Shown here piece by piece: positions 11,926-24,974 of a stretch of DNA of 64,000 bases. The notes beneath the pieces were generated by a model. The model was not told the origin of the DNA, did not search any database, and worked only from the letters and a program-made list of their open reading frames with translations. Location: positions 930,001 to 994,000 of the forward strand of contig NC_042999.1 in assembly GCF_006345805.1 (NCBI RefSeq), read 5' to 3'. The stretch is from Octopus sinensis. Taxonomy: Eukaryota. A program made the position numbers and the translations under genes. Position 1 is the first letter of the stretch. Each line of letters begins with the position of its first letter.

Positions 11926-12016
11926 CCTGCGGACGCGCGTTTCGGAATTAAGTCAGAATAGAGCACAAATAATAAATAATTATACCATACCTGACTATTT
12001 TCCTCATCAGCGTAGG
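11926..12016 (-). ncRNA. Type I hammerhead ribozyme, near intact
   Basis: Minus strand: CCTACG-CTGATGA-GGAA...TTCC-GAA-ACGCGCGT-C-CGCAGG; helix I 5 of 6 pairs; helix II 4 bp, 3x3 internal loop, 6 bp; GUC site. Confidence 0.75.
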
Positions 12017-12676
12017 ATTCTTCAACTATAAATAATTGTGTCTCAATTATTAATAATTGTGTACTAAATTTGAAGGCACTGGGAACCGCCATTTCACCTC
12101 ACGGTATCAGAGAGGATGTGTAGCTTGCCAGTACCGCCAAATTCAAAAGAGTGAATGAGAGTAGGTCAACTCTCCCCTGTCCACCAGCGCGTTGTCAAAG
12201 TAAGATACTATAGTTTTTTTCTGGGAGGAAATACCATTATCAGTAATAACAAAAGGGTATTATATATATATATATATAATACAGAATCGCAATCATTCAT
12301 GCATAATGAATCTGTTCGATTTGTTCAATTTTTACCCTCAGTCACACTTTGGTTATTGTTGCTTTGTATGCTTAACACTAGTTTAAAAGACATGTCCATA
12401 CGTCAACAGAACCATGAACACCAAAAGAAATAACGAATGGGTTGAAGTGAATGAGAGAGGGAAGAGAGAGAAAAGTAAAGCCTGCTAAGGGAAGTGGAAT
12501 TCTTCTAAAATAGATATAAATTCTAAAAGAGTTTATAAAAATTTTCCTGAGGCCAAATGGTAACTCTACATCAATCTATGCAGTTGTCATTCGGATTAGA
12601 GTTTTGAGAACTGAGGTGACGAGTCATTTAACTATAGGTATTTCTTTGCTTTAGGTGTTGTGTCCAGAATGTAAGA

Positions 12677-13021
12677 CATTCCACTGCGTGGCACTTTCTG
12701 CTATAGCCTCGAGCCGACCATAGTCTCGTGAGTGGATTTGGTAGACGGAATCTGAAAGAAGCCCGTCGTATATATGTATATATGTATATATGTATATATG
12801 TATATATGTATATGTGTGTGTATATATGTATGTGTGTTTGTGTTTGCCCACCACCGCTCGACAACCGATGTTGGTGTGTTCACGTCCCCGTAATTTAGCG
12901 GTTCGGTAATAGAAACCGAAAGAATAAGTTCTAGGCTTACAAAGAATAAGTCCTATGGTCGATTAGTTCGACTAAAGGTGGTGCTCCAGTATTGCCGCAC
13001 TCAAATGACTGAAACAAATAG
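12677..13021 (+). mobile_element. SINE family A, 5'-truncated
   Basis: Both halves plus the internal microsatellite are present. Confidence 0.88.
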
Positions 13022-13275
13022 AAAAAAAACAAACATTAACAAATGATGTAATATCATTGCTAACACAATAACACACAATATTGACAAAGGTAATACAATT
13101 CTATATTTAAGAGATGAGGAATTATGTACATTATTTGCATTATTTACATCTTAACCACTACACCATATGCCTGTGGGCATTTGGCGTAGTGGTTAAATGC
13201 ACAATATTGACATGTAAGATGTTCAATATACTTTGTAATATATTATAGTTGTATAAGGAAATACGGTGCGTGAGT

Positions 13276-13276
<1 letters not shown>

Positions 13277-13346
<70 letters not shown>
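13277..13346. repeat. (GATA)n microsatellite
   Basis: Direct reading. Confidence 0.95.
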
Positions 13347-13347
<1 letters not shown>

Positions 13348-13489
13348 GTACATACATAGATAGACAGAAAGACACAGAAATACGATGTCGCTACACGTCA
13401 TGATTTTCGAATGTACAGGACTGTCCTTGGCAATAATAAATTAATGAAGTGGTTTCCTGTTGTCTTCCTCACCGCAGCATGACGGCCGC

Positions 13490-13610
13490 ATTTAGGGTTA
13501 CCAGAACGTCCGTCACTTAATCAAGGTCTGCCGTTGTCCATCACTCAAGGATCATCCGGGACATTTGTACGGCACCGGTACTACCCGATGAAGGGCATGA
13601 CTTGGCCTGT
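13490..13610 (+). mobile_element. Possible Penelope-like 3' end with truncated HHR
   Basis: HLGLPERPSLNQGLPL resembles PLE C-termini; followed by CCGATGA-AGGGC...GCCT but no GAAAC half. Confidence 0.25.
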
Positions 13611-15094
13611 TTAAAAACGGACGAAATTCACCTTAACACAGCAACTTCCTTGGGGATATGCTGTTTAAAATGAACCCCGTTGATAATAATCAAACAGCAT
13701 CCAGCTCCCTGTCGCTATTGTGGTTCCTCTTTCAGTCCCCTTTTACAGCAAGCAGAGATTACGTAGTACTTATTCTTTCGGTTTCTATTACCGAACCGCT
13801 AAGTTACGGATCGTTGTCGAGTGATGGTGGCTGGGAAACAGACACGCACATACACACACACATACCTAGGAGGTATTCTTTTAAAGCCCCTTCACCAGGC
13901 TTGAACTCTATGATTACATGATATAATACAGAAATATATACAAACGTCCAACAGTTGTTTTTAAGATGTTGCATGATAAAATCATTGGGAAAAAAAAGCA
14001 AGACGCATTCAAACAAAAAGATTTTTTTTCTCAAAAAACCTTCACATATGTTTGAAAAACTTTTTTATCAGCTACAGCTGATAAAAAAAAAATTCTGTTT
14101 TCCCAAACGCACTCTAGTGTGTTTTCCTGCTATTTCTTCATACATTTCGATAATAGGTTGTCTGCAGTTTATAGCAAATTTGTAGTCATGAAGAAATTCA
14201 CACTAAGTTGGTATTAGTTGAAATATGAAGCATGGCGATTCCGTGAAGAAATGCCATTAACACTCCGGCTAGACAATGATTAATTCTCTTTAGACAATAT
14301 CTTTTATCCACAATCCAATAGCAAAACATGATTGGAGTACAGATAGACATAACAAGTTGTTCTCACTACATGTGATAGATTAGGTTTTCTTGATATACTG
14401 GCTTTTATTCTTTATTCTTTATTCTTTATTCTTTATTCTTTGCATTCAATCTGCAAAGAGAAAACAAAACAGTTGCTGGATTATTTTTCGCAGTTTTTTT
14501 TTTCCTTTTACATTTCGATATGTTTTGTTTTTGTTTTTGTGGGTTTTTTTTACTTTTCGTTCTCAGGAATTTCCAATTATATTCTTGTGGCATTACACAG
14601 TATTATGTCTGGTCTTGAAAATGTCAGATGGAAGTTTGATTGAGTTTAATTGTTCTCATATTAGACTGTTAAAAGCTTGTTACAAGGGAGAAGAAGAAAG
14701 GAAAATGTTAGTTTGAAATTTATGTTTTCTCTGTTATGGCAACATTTATTACCAATATAGTTTGAGAAATATCCATTTAAGACCACAAACATGAACATTT
14801 TATTGTTTTTACTATCGCCTTCTTTGAATTTGGTAACATTTTTTGTTACTTTTTCTGTCCATTGCTAAAAATTTCTTATAAATACTTTCTGACGTTCTCC
14901 GAATCCTAGTAAGGAAAAAATGGTTTTACAATTCACTTGTACAGTGTATGTTTGAAATTGAAAAGATTAGCGAAAGAAATATTTGCATGCAACACACAAA
15001 CTTCAATTTTATTGGCATAGAAGAAGTAATAGGCATGACGTTGACCGCACAACTTAATTTCTCACCAGACAAACTGGTAATATTTTGGGGTTGC

Positions 15095-15570
15095 ATAGAG
15101 GTTACAGTGTTACATTCTCAATCGCAAGTTCGTGGTTTCGAATTCCAGATCATGTTGTACGATCGGCGACCTGGCAGAGACGTTAGCACGCCGGAAGAAG
15201 TGCTTCGCGGTATTTCGCGGTTTTTCGCCCGTCGCTACGTTTTTAGTTCAAATTCCGCCGGGGTCGACTTTGCCTTTCATCCTTTCGGGGTCGATAAATT
15301 AAGTACCAGTTACGCACTGGTGTCGATCTAATCGACTTAATCCGTTTGTCTGTCCTTGTTTGTCCTCCCTCTATGTTTAGCCCCTTGTAGATAATTATGA
15401 AACAGAATTCCAGATCGAGTTGTACGTTGTGTGCTTGAAAAAATCACTTCATCTCATTTGTCGCTAGTCTTTTCAGCTGTAAATGAAAAGCCCTGCGACG
15501 GACTGATGAAGAATTCTGTGATCTTGGTCTTTTGCACACAGCAGAAACCAGGTAACGGCCCTTTGAGACC
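15095..15570 (+). mobile_element. Decayed SINE family E interrupted by a family B copy (15166-15403)
   Basis: 22-bp duplication GAATTCCAGATC(AT/GA)GTTGTACG at 15140-15161 and 15405-15426 flanks the B copy. Confidence 0.75.
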
Positions 15571-16274
15571 CAAGACACGGGAAAGTAATGCCTAGAGGAT
15601 GATGATAAGGATGATGGTTAGCAGTATTTGTTATATATCTCTACTGTCCATTTCCAAATACCCGCGAAGGACTTAACCTTTTATCCTTTCATAATAAATA
15701 CAATTTCAGGTCGGTGGTTTGGTAGAATAGGGGAGTTGTTTGAGCACCAGCGAGAGTCTTGCAGTGACTATTTTACCTGCTTTATTTTGAGTTCAAAACC
15801 CCATCTAATGATATCATATCCAGCAGACTTCAGGACCACAATTAACTATTAAACTGACAATGGGAGAGGGAAAATTATCCTGGTCGTCTTTTTCTACAGT
15901 CAAAATGTGATGACAAACCCACAAACCTCTGTGTCGTATGTTTGAAAGAAAATAAAATGGCTGAATATAGTTAATGTTCTACTTCTAAGTTTTCTATTCC
16001 TAATAAACACACTGTAGGGAATTAGTTCCAAGCTTATATTTATTGTCATAACAACACAGGACTGGGTTTAAAAATATAAATTTGCAATACACTTATTAAA
16101 CTGTGTCACACCAAGTTTCTAACAACACAAATACCGTCACAAATTGAAACAAATCTTAGAATAGGTAGACCAGTTACCATTTCAAAGCAGATCTTCCTCC
16201 ATCAAATCAACAACATTGCGGCGGTGCATACATGTTTGGGTATGTGAATGCACATGAGTATATATATAGATATA

Positions 16275-16531
16275 ATAAATAATAAATGCGCCCTTTTAAA
16301 GCCTAACCAGGCTCATGGACCCGCTTTCCCGGTTTCTATGGCGTATGTGTTCCCCAGCTGGACGGAACGCCAGTCCATTGCAGCGTTACTCATTTTTGCC
16401 AGCTGAGTGGACCGGAGCAACGTGGAATGAAGTGTTTTGCTCAAGAACACAACGCGTCGCCCGGTCCAGAGTCGAAACCACAATCTTGCGATTATGATGC
16501 TGACACCGTAACTGCTAAGCCACGCGCCTCC
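16275..16531 (-). mobile_element. SINE family E
   Basis: tRNA-like head GGCGCGTGGCTTAGCAGTT, family-C-like core, family-D-like tail (GGACTGGCGTTCCGTCCAGCTGGGG). Confidence 0.8.
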
Positions 16532-17149
16532 ATCCGTATTAGGTTTGCAAGACTCTTGATGTGAATTCGTGTGTCGTAAGAAACATTCTTGCGTTTTTAT
16601 CTAATACACATCGGTACGATTTGAACGTTCTATGTTCAAATTGAATGGTACTGAATTTTACTTTTGCTTTTCGTCCATCATTCGGCGTCCATAAACTAAA
16701 AGAGCCAGTCGAGTACTGGCTGGAGAATAATACAGATGATGTATAAAAAGATAAGTACTATGAAGGTGTATTCATTACTTTGTAGAAAGTATATTAATAG
16801 ACATGATAGGAAATTGCGACTGAGGTCACTTCGTAAGCGGCCGAGTCTTTCGAAACACAAAACAACTAACAATGAGTTGAGACAATGGCAGAGAAATGAA
16901 CATATATTGTGACAACAATCTATTTTAATTTCTTGTTTTCTAAAACAAAATCTTCAACAAAATATTCTAAGGACCGTGTGATATGAAAAGAACGTTAATG
17001 AAATTCAAAACAAAATAAAATTTCTAAGCTAAGTTGTTATGTCTATCAACTTTGTTTCTTTTGTGGCTTGCTTTGTTTTTCAATTCCCTTTTAACATCTG
17101 ATAATTCGAAGTCAAAATGAAAACAAAAACAGTAATGATGATGACGATG

Positions 17150-17206
<57 letters not shown>

Positions 17207-17647
17207 TAACAGTTATAAACAAAGTTCAAAAGAAGCCACCATCGTAGACAAACAATACCTAGGAAAAAACAATTCATCAACAATTATAATATTATTCAGT
17301 AATATATAAAAGTCTACCGCTAAGGATCATATGAGTGTGCATGTGCGTGTGTGTGTGTGTGTGTGTGTGCGTGTGTTTGTGTGTGTGTGTGTGTGTCTAC
17401 ATATATTAAATAATTTACATATCTTTTATATACATACATTAACATACATATGGCTATGTACATTTATATACATTGAATTATATACAGGCGTGCACAAAAG
17501 CGTATAGTTTGTATTTTAATTTTACATATATGTATAGAGATAAATAGTGGGAAAATATTTCAGGTATTCATGTATATATATATATACATATGGTTTGCGA
17601 ATATGTTTGTTGATATTTCTACATCAATATACATATATAGCTAGGTA

Positions 17648-17688
<41 letters not shown>

Positions 17689-17723
17689 ATATATATATAT
17701 ATATATGTATGTATGTATGTATG

Positions 17724-17769
<46 letters not shown>

Positions 17770-17783
17770 TGTATGTATGTATG

Positions 17784-17825
<42 letters not shown>

Positions 17826-17984
17826 ATATATACATATATGATATATATATATACATATATGATATATATATATAAATCCTTAAATCCTTAAAAATGTCTC
17901 AGCCCGAAAGCTGCGGCCATGTTGGGGCACCGCCTTTGAATAAGCTACACTAGTATGTGAAACCACCTCTGATACGTAGCACTT

Positions 17985-18273
17985 AATCAACAAGAGTTCG
18001 ACATCGCTGTCCGCATCTGTGTTTCCTGCCGAGAGGTTGGTTCATCTGGAACCCCTCACAAGAAGAGATCCAGTTTAGTTTTAAAGAAACCCACATCCAC
18101 ACCATGCAGGTCTCTCAGGCATTTAAGAAGGATATTGAAGAGCTGTCGTCCCCTGAAACCCAAGCTGTTGCAGTATCTGGTCCTGTATTTTGGTGGTGAT
18201 GTTGGGATCTTTGGCACCATGCAGTGGCGCCCCGTTCTGCTGTTGGGGTAACTTTCAATGCCAAAATTCGGGA
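17985..18273 (-). mobile_element. CR1/L2-group LINE ORF2 3' end
   Basis: RTGRHCMVPKIPTSPPKYRTRYCNSLGFRGRQLFNILLKCLRDLHGVDVGFFKTKLDLFL*GVPDEP matches the CR1-type C-terminus (PQLFNxLP...FKxKLDxFL..PDEP). Confidence 0.8.
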
Positions 18274-18339
18274 CACACGCACACACATATGCGTATATAT
18301 ACTTATATATATATATATATATAAATTAGAGAGTGAGGC

Positions 18340-18472
<133 letters not shown>

Positions 18473-18499
18473 TGATGTTATTTTATTCTTATATTCTAT

Positions 18500-18837
18500 T
18501 AGTTGTTTCAGTCTTTCAGGACTTTATCTTTGTAAGCCTAATACTTATTCCATCAGTCGTTTTTCCCCTGCCGCTACGTTACGGTGACGTAAACACACCA
18601 ACATCTGTTATCAATTTATGGTGGGGTCACAAGCGCGGACACACACACACACACATATACATATATATATACGACGGGCTTCTTTCAGTATCCGTCTACC
18701 AAATCCACCCGCAAGGCTTTATTTGACCCCAGGCTAGAGTAGAAAACACCTCACTCAAGGTGCCACGCAGTGGGACTGAACCCGGAACCATTTGGTTGAG
18801 AAGCAAGCTACATACTACACAGCCACTGCGGCGCCTA
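18500..18837 (-). mobile_element. SINE family A
   Basis: Reverse complement of both halves with an internal (CA)/(TA) tract. Confidence 0.85.
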
Positions 18838-18949
18838 TATATATATTATGCAATGAAAAGAGAAATATACAGGTTAACACATACAGCGTTTGACGCTCTT
18901 CAAATACAGTGAATCGAATATTGTTTTTCTTGTGGTAGTGTTATTAACA

Positions 18950-19084
18950 ATGATGATGATAATGATGATGGTGTCAGTGCAGGCGGTGATTGCGGTGGTG
19001 GTGATAGTGATGGTGGTGGTGGTGTTGGTTCAGATTATAATGACAGTGGATAAAATACGCTGAGATTGCTACTGCCGCCGCCGC

Positions 19085-19125
<41 letters not shown>

Positions 19126-19187
19126 ATGATGAAGATGGTGGTGGTGGTAGTGCTAGTAGTGGTAATGACGGTGATGATGATGATGAT

Positions 19188-19218
<31 letters not shown>

Positions 19219-19330
19219 AGGAGAAGTGTGGGTAAGAAGACGAGAAGGATGGTGGTGCAGGATGGTGCTGATGATGATGATGAAGATGATGATGGTGATG
19301 AGGATGATGATCATGATGATCATGATGATG
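18950..19330. repeat. Compound trinucleotide array (GAT/GGT/GCC/GCT/GAG)
   Basis: Direct reading. Confidence 0.9.
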
Positions 19331-19665
19331 ATAAAGATGCTTGTAGGTTTGCCACTGGGTGGTGTGTGTGTGTGTGTGTGTGTGGGCGATCTATATTATA
19401 TTTTCTTTAAGATAGCTAGAAGCAAAATTTCGTAGATAACCTAAAAGAAAAATAAGAGCCAATTCTTTCACTCTCATCTCACATCCGAGCAAAAGAGTTC
19501 CCATCTCTTCTTTCATTTTATCTTGAACTGTGCATATGTTGTAAAGAACCATTTCATCTCTCTACACTACTTGTATCTTACGTTCTATACAAAACAGAAA
19601 CAATACACACACACACACACACAAGCACACACATACACATATATATTGGTATATTTGCGTTCATT

Positions 19666-20239
19666 CTTTTATTTGTTATAGTCATTTGACTGCAGCCATG
19701 CTGGAGCACCGCTTATTCTGTTTAAGCCCAGTACTTATTCCATCGGTCTCTTTTGCCGAACCGTTTAGTTACGGGGACGTAAACACACCAGCATCGGTTG
19801 TCAAGCGATGGTGAGGGAGGAAGGCAAACACATACACACAAATGCATACATATACATTTATGCATACGACGGGCTTCTTTCAGTTTCCGTCTACCAAATC
19901 CACTCACGAAGCTTTGGTCGGCCCGAAGCTATAGTAGAAGACACTTGCCCAAGGTGCCACGCAGTGGGACTGAACCGGAAAACATGTGGTTGGTAAGCAA
20001 GCTACTTATCACACAGCCATGATTAAATCTTTACTTGTTTCAGTCATGAAATTATGGCCATGCTGGGACAACGCGTCGAAGAATTGTTACTTGAACGATT
20101 CGCTCCATCCATGCCGGTATTTATTTGTTAAAAGCCTGGTACTTATTCTATCGGTGTCTTTTGCCGAAGTGTTAACTTACGGCGATATAAGAACATCAAC
20201 ACTGGCTGTCAAGCAGTGGTGGGAGACAAACAGACATAA

Positions 20240-20245
<6 letters not shown>
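19666..20245 (-). mobile_element. SINE family A (19666-20020) plus adjacent older 3' half (20028-20245)
   Basis: Two head-to-tail matches to family A. Confidence 0.85.
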
Positions 20246-20275
<30 letters not shown>

Positions 20276-20419
20276 GCGTGTGTATATAAATACAACATAC
20301 ATACATACATACATATATACATACATACATACACACACACACACATATATATATATATTGTTTTGGGATTTGGTTTGCAAGATCTTTATGTGAGTTCGTG
20401 TGTTGAAACATATTATGTT

Positions 20420-20612
20420 GTGTCTGGGGAGAGTCATTCTCTGTTAGTGCCTTATAATTTAACACACTCACTGGTAAACTTGACAGTTATTTATTTTTAA
20501 TTTCGTTGGAAGATGCAACGAAAATTTTAGGAAACTAAAGAAGAAATAAGTGTAAATTTAACCGGTCTGTTAAATTACAAGGCACTAAAAGAGAATGACT
20601 CTCCCTAGACAC
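20420..20612. repeat. Fold-back (inverted duplication) of the repeat seen linear at 21828-21985
   Basis: Arms 20420-20463 and 20569-20612 are reverse complements with a few mismatches; centre TTTCGTTGGAAGATGCAACGAAA. Confidence 0.8.
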
Positions 20613-20622
20613 TACAGATTAT

Positions 20623-20665
<43 letters not shown>

Positions 20666-20671
20666 GGGAGG

Positions 20672-20790
20672 ATTTAATTTGCCAAAATAATTTCGTCGCT
20701 TTGAGACCGCGACCTGATCACTGACAAAATTCCGAGCTGAGTGAACAGGTCGCGGTTTCAAAGCGACGAAAATATTTTGGAAAATTAAAT
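20672..20790. repeat. 51-bp hairpin with 17-nt loop
   Basis: 20672-20722 against 20740-20790, 4 mismatches. Confidence 0.9.
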
Positions 20791-20839
20791 TTAAATGTTG
20801 CAGTGAATCTAACGGTTTTTGTATGTTTCTCAAATGGCT

Positions 20840-21115
20840 TATAAACATCTTCTCCGCAGCAATTGTTTTTGTTCCAGCACACGATCTCAGATCAGGTCAC
20901 TTGCTATGCAAGTACATCTCCCTCCCCTACTTTCCCTGTCGTGTGTGACCCTTCTGTCCGAATCAGTGCCATGATAGCTCGTTAGCCACAACACACATTA
21001 TTTTCTCTCCTTGTTTTTTCTGTGTCCCTTTCTGTTATACTAATACATCTGTTTGTTGTCTACACAACCTGTCTTCGTCTTTTGTTTCTTTCGTAAACTC
21101 TCCCTGTATATATAT
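20840..21115 (+). mobile_element. Dispersed repeat, putative Penelope pseudo-LTR (sibling at 59155-59330)
   Basis: Shares CTAATACA(T/C)CTGT...GTCTTTTGTTT with the reverse complement of 59155-59330. Confidence 0.55.
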
Positions 21116-21827
21116 AAAGTTTGGTTATAGGGCTTCGACTGAATCAATACACAGCAACACGTAGGCCACAGGTATGGCTACGTTAGTTAATATTGTCTTC
21201 ACAGTCAGGTAAAGAATATTAGAAACAGAAAATTCTTGGTCGAGTAGAGTATAGTTGAAAAGGAACGCTACTCTAAAACTTGTCAAGATATCAATATAAT
21301 GTTATACGCTTTCATTACATTAATATTTATAGATAGTTTGTGGATGTTTCTTGTATTATGTACATCAATTCTAACCTAACTATTAAATATCACAAGACTT
21401 GTCTTATGAATGACGATGAAGTTTGGTTTCATGAGCTCTTATCTTAATGCTAGGATCTTTTAAAAGTTGCAAAATATTGCTTCTTCAATAGAATGAATAG
21501 AGAGAAAATTTCTCTGGAATATTTAGCTATTGAAAATAAATGACCACAAAATTTGTTATGAACATAAATAAAAGTTATTCTATCAAATGTACTCATTGTA
21601 CGGGAGATGTTCTTGCCAGGCAAATGTTTTGATCTGAATGCGTGTATTGAAGCTAAAATAATTCCGGTAAGGAAAACACATAGTCGCCGTTTAAAAACAC
21701 ACAAAGCTGTTAACTTCACCAGGACCTGGTCCTGGTTTCAAATACGCAGCGCAAACGAGTCTGTGACCAGATTGCATTCGGTGAGACGAAGATTTTGACA
21801 CCAAATAATAAATGTTTAAGTGAAGCT

Positions 21828-21985
21828 AGTTGTGTTATGTCTGGGGAGAGTCATTTACTTTTTGTGCCTTATAATGTAACACACTCCCCGGTAAAAAAAA
21901 TCCACTGATTTCTTATTTTTATTTTCCTAAAATTTTCGTTGCATCTTGCAACCTTTTCAATAGTCTTGACTCTGTCCATTAAAGC
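21828..21985 (+). mobile_element. Linear copy of the repeat folded back at 20420-20612
   Basis: GTCTGGGGAGAGTCATT...GTGCCTTATAAT...AAAATTTTCGTTGCATCTTGCAACC. Confidence 0.75.
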
Positions 21986-22424
21986 TAGTCGGGTTTTCTT
22001 TTTCTCTGTGTGGGCGTGACTTTTATTCTATTTTTAATGCCTACTGTAGTTATCCATATTCATATTGTACTGTTTTAAACTCTAAGAAATATAGCATAAA
22101 GATCTAACTAACATGCAGATTTAACTGCTATGCAGATGTAGGTGGTAACTTCTGACGTGATTAATTAGTCTCATTGATTACATATAACACCCTACTAAAA
22201 GAAGAATTGTATTACACTATGATAACCTATATTTGAATATCACATGCTCACACCTTTGAAAGTTGAAGATGAATTTCTATATTTTGTTTTTATCCCCATC
22301 ATACTGTTATTTTTGAAGTATGATGTAAATTTATAATACCACTGTTTAGATAGCATATTGGTGACCCTATGGAATATTATTCTCTTTGAACATATCCAGA
22401 ATTACGTAAATATAAATAAATAGG

Positions 22425-22437
22425 TAGATAGATAGAT

Positions 22438-22522
<85 letters not shown>
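22425..22522. repeat. (GATA)n microsatellite
   Basis: Direct reading. Confidence 0.95.
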
Positions 22523-22955
22523 GAAGAGAGGCATACATATATATATTAAATATGTACAGATATATAAATGCATGTATGCATGTGTATTTCGATATTCACT
22601 CTTTTTAACACATTAACGGCTACAGGCTGTCGGATATGACTATAAATCGGAGATCTATTTTTACAGATCATATTTCCGGAATTCCGTGATATCTGTTGAA
22701 TTAATATAATTATCAACAAGGACAGTCGATAGAGCAAATTGTTATATTACATAAATGTACAATTTCCTCACCGTCATTCGTACTCAAGTTTATTGATGTA
22801 TCGCATACAAAGCTAAAGATACGTGATATATCATTATCTCGTTACAACTGACTGCCACCTCGTCAGAATATTGAATATGAAACATTTGAGTTGGAATGAC
22901 GGTGAAACACTTCTAAATTCATGCAATAAAAAGATTTGTACGATCTACCCTCCTT

Positions 22956-23008
<53 letters not shown>

Positions 23009-23009
23009 T

Positions 23010-23273
23010 ATAGGTTTCGAATTTCGGCACAATGTCAGCAACTTTGAGGGTGTGGGTAAGTTGGGTACATCGAACCCAGTGAATAATTGGTACTTATTTT
23101 ATCGACTTCCAAAGGATAAAAGGCGAGGCTGACCTCGTCGGAATTTTGAACTCAGAACATAAACACGGACGAAACGTCTCTAAGCAGTTTTGCCGGTGGG
23201 ATAGCGATACTACCAGGTCATCGCCTTCTTTGTAAATAATATATATCATCATCACGTGACTGGCCAGTCAATC

Positions 23274-23319
<46 letters not shown>

Positions 23320-23480
23320 TTTTCTACTCTAGGCAAAAGGCCCGAAATTTTGGTGGGGGCGGGAAGGGACTAGTCAATTAGATCGACCCCAGTATGCAAA
23401 TAGTACTTAATTTATCGAACCCCGAAAGGATGAAAGGCAAAATCGACCTCGGCGGAATTTGAACTCAAAAGACAGACGAA
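23010..23480 (-). mobile_element. Two SINE family B copies (23010-23229, 23318-23480)
   Basis: CCCCGAAAGGATGAAAGGCAAA-TCGACCTCGGCGGAATTTGAACTCA core. Confidence 0.8.
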
Positions 23481-24974
23481 GTTAATCTATATATATTAAT
23501 GACAATAAATTTCTTGTTACATTAAAACTTAGGAAGCAATCAGAAGCCTCATCACTTTGAGTACAACCAAGTGAGACATGAAAAGGATATTTATTTAGAT
23601 CTCCATTTAAACCTGTGCTCACACATGAGTCGAAAGAAATCTTTGAAGTCGGTATCCGCTGTACGCTGGGTGGTTATCTTGCGTAAAATCAATTAAAACA
23701 TCATGTGATGTACGCCTGAGTAAAGCAGCATTAATAAAGCATTGGCCAACGGTGTGTGGTTAAAAGCTCCCTTTGCAGTCATATGGTATCGAGGTCAACG
23801 AAAGTGCTAATTTGAGGAAGACAGTATTGTCATGTAATAGTGAAAAATAGATATTAGTAGAAATGCTAGAGGAAGGCAGAGGGCGCTCTTTCGCGATTTG
23901 CACTTGAAATTTATTTGCCAAAACTAATTGGGAAACTAATTGACTTTATCGGTATTTCAAGTTCAAAATGTAAATTTTGAGTGAACATGGTTCATTAAGA
24001 TATAACTTCTGCTATTCATTTGGGCCATACAAACAAAACCGCACAAGTTTGTAAATGACATAAATGTTATAAGCTGCAATATCAGGTTTAATGATGCTGC
24101 CGAGGCGTGCCGTGGATACTTTAAAATGGCAGAAGTGGATTAGTCAGTACGATGTACACGGCTATGATATTGTGCACCACCTCTTGAAAACGGGAAAGAG
24201 AAACAGGAACGAAGCTGTGTAGTTGTCTTGCTAAGCATAAACGAGTTGATACTTCATTAGCTGTATGATGTTAATATACAAGAAAGACTATGTGCATGTA
24301 AATATGAGACCTTCCTACTGCTGTGATCGGGATCTATAAAGTACGAGTGAAGTACAAGGGTCAAAGTAATCAACTTGTCCCAAAATTGCTGGTCTTTCGC
24401 TAAAATTAGACAAACTTTTAGTAGTTAAGATGCTCGAGGTATGTGGTGGGTTAATTCACTTGCAAAACTATCAAGAATTGTTTCTGATTTAAACCCAATA
24501 AATTTGAAGGAAATAGGTCAGTACTGATCATAAATTCCAGCACTGACTAGTATTTTATTTTATTGACTACGAAATTATGACAAGGTGACGTTTGCCTCGG
24601 TGAGATTTAAACAGGCAGACGGTCTGAAAGAGGACGGAGTTAATTGATTACATCAACCTCACTCCATGAGTGTTATTATATTTTTTTCGACCCTGGAACG
24701 ATAAATGGTGACTTCGGTAAGATTTGAAACCAGAATGTATACGGCTGGAAGAAAAAATCCAAAGTATTTTTCCGATGCTCCGACAGTTCTTCCAACTCAC
24801 AATTTCTTGAAAAATTATTAAGGATAAAAGTAAATATGTCATGAAGTAAATAGAGATAATCGTCTGTAGATGACAATGGCTGAAAAGTTGGATATTGCTA
24901 TCTTCAGAATGCATATATACCTGTCCATTTTATAAGTTTTTTCTTTCAAATGCTCATAGCCCACTTCATCGTTG

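Noticed and set aside
15495-15570. CTGATGA...GAAACCAGGTA hammerhead look-alike
   Set aside because: Helix I cannot pair, and the GAAACC segment is the normal SINE D/E tail, so the match appears coincidental.
21705-21735. Hairpin ACCAGGAC-CTG-GTCCTGGT next to TTTC (GAAA on minus)
   Set aside because: No CTGANGA core at a compatible position, and position 17 would be G.
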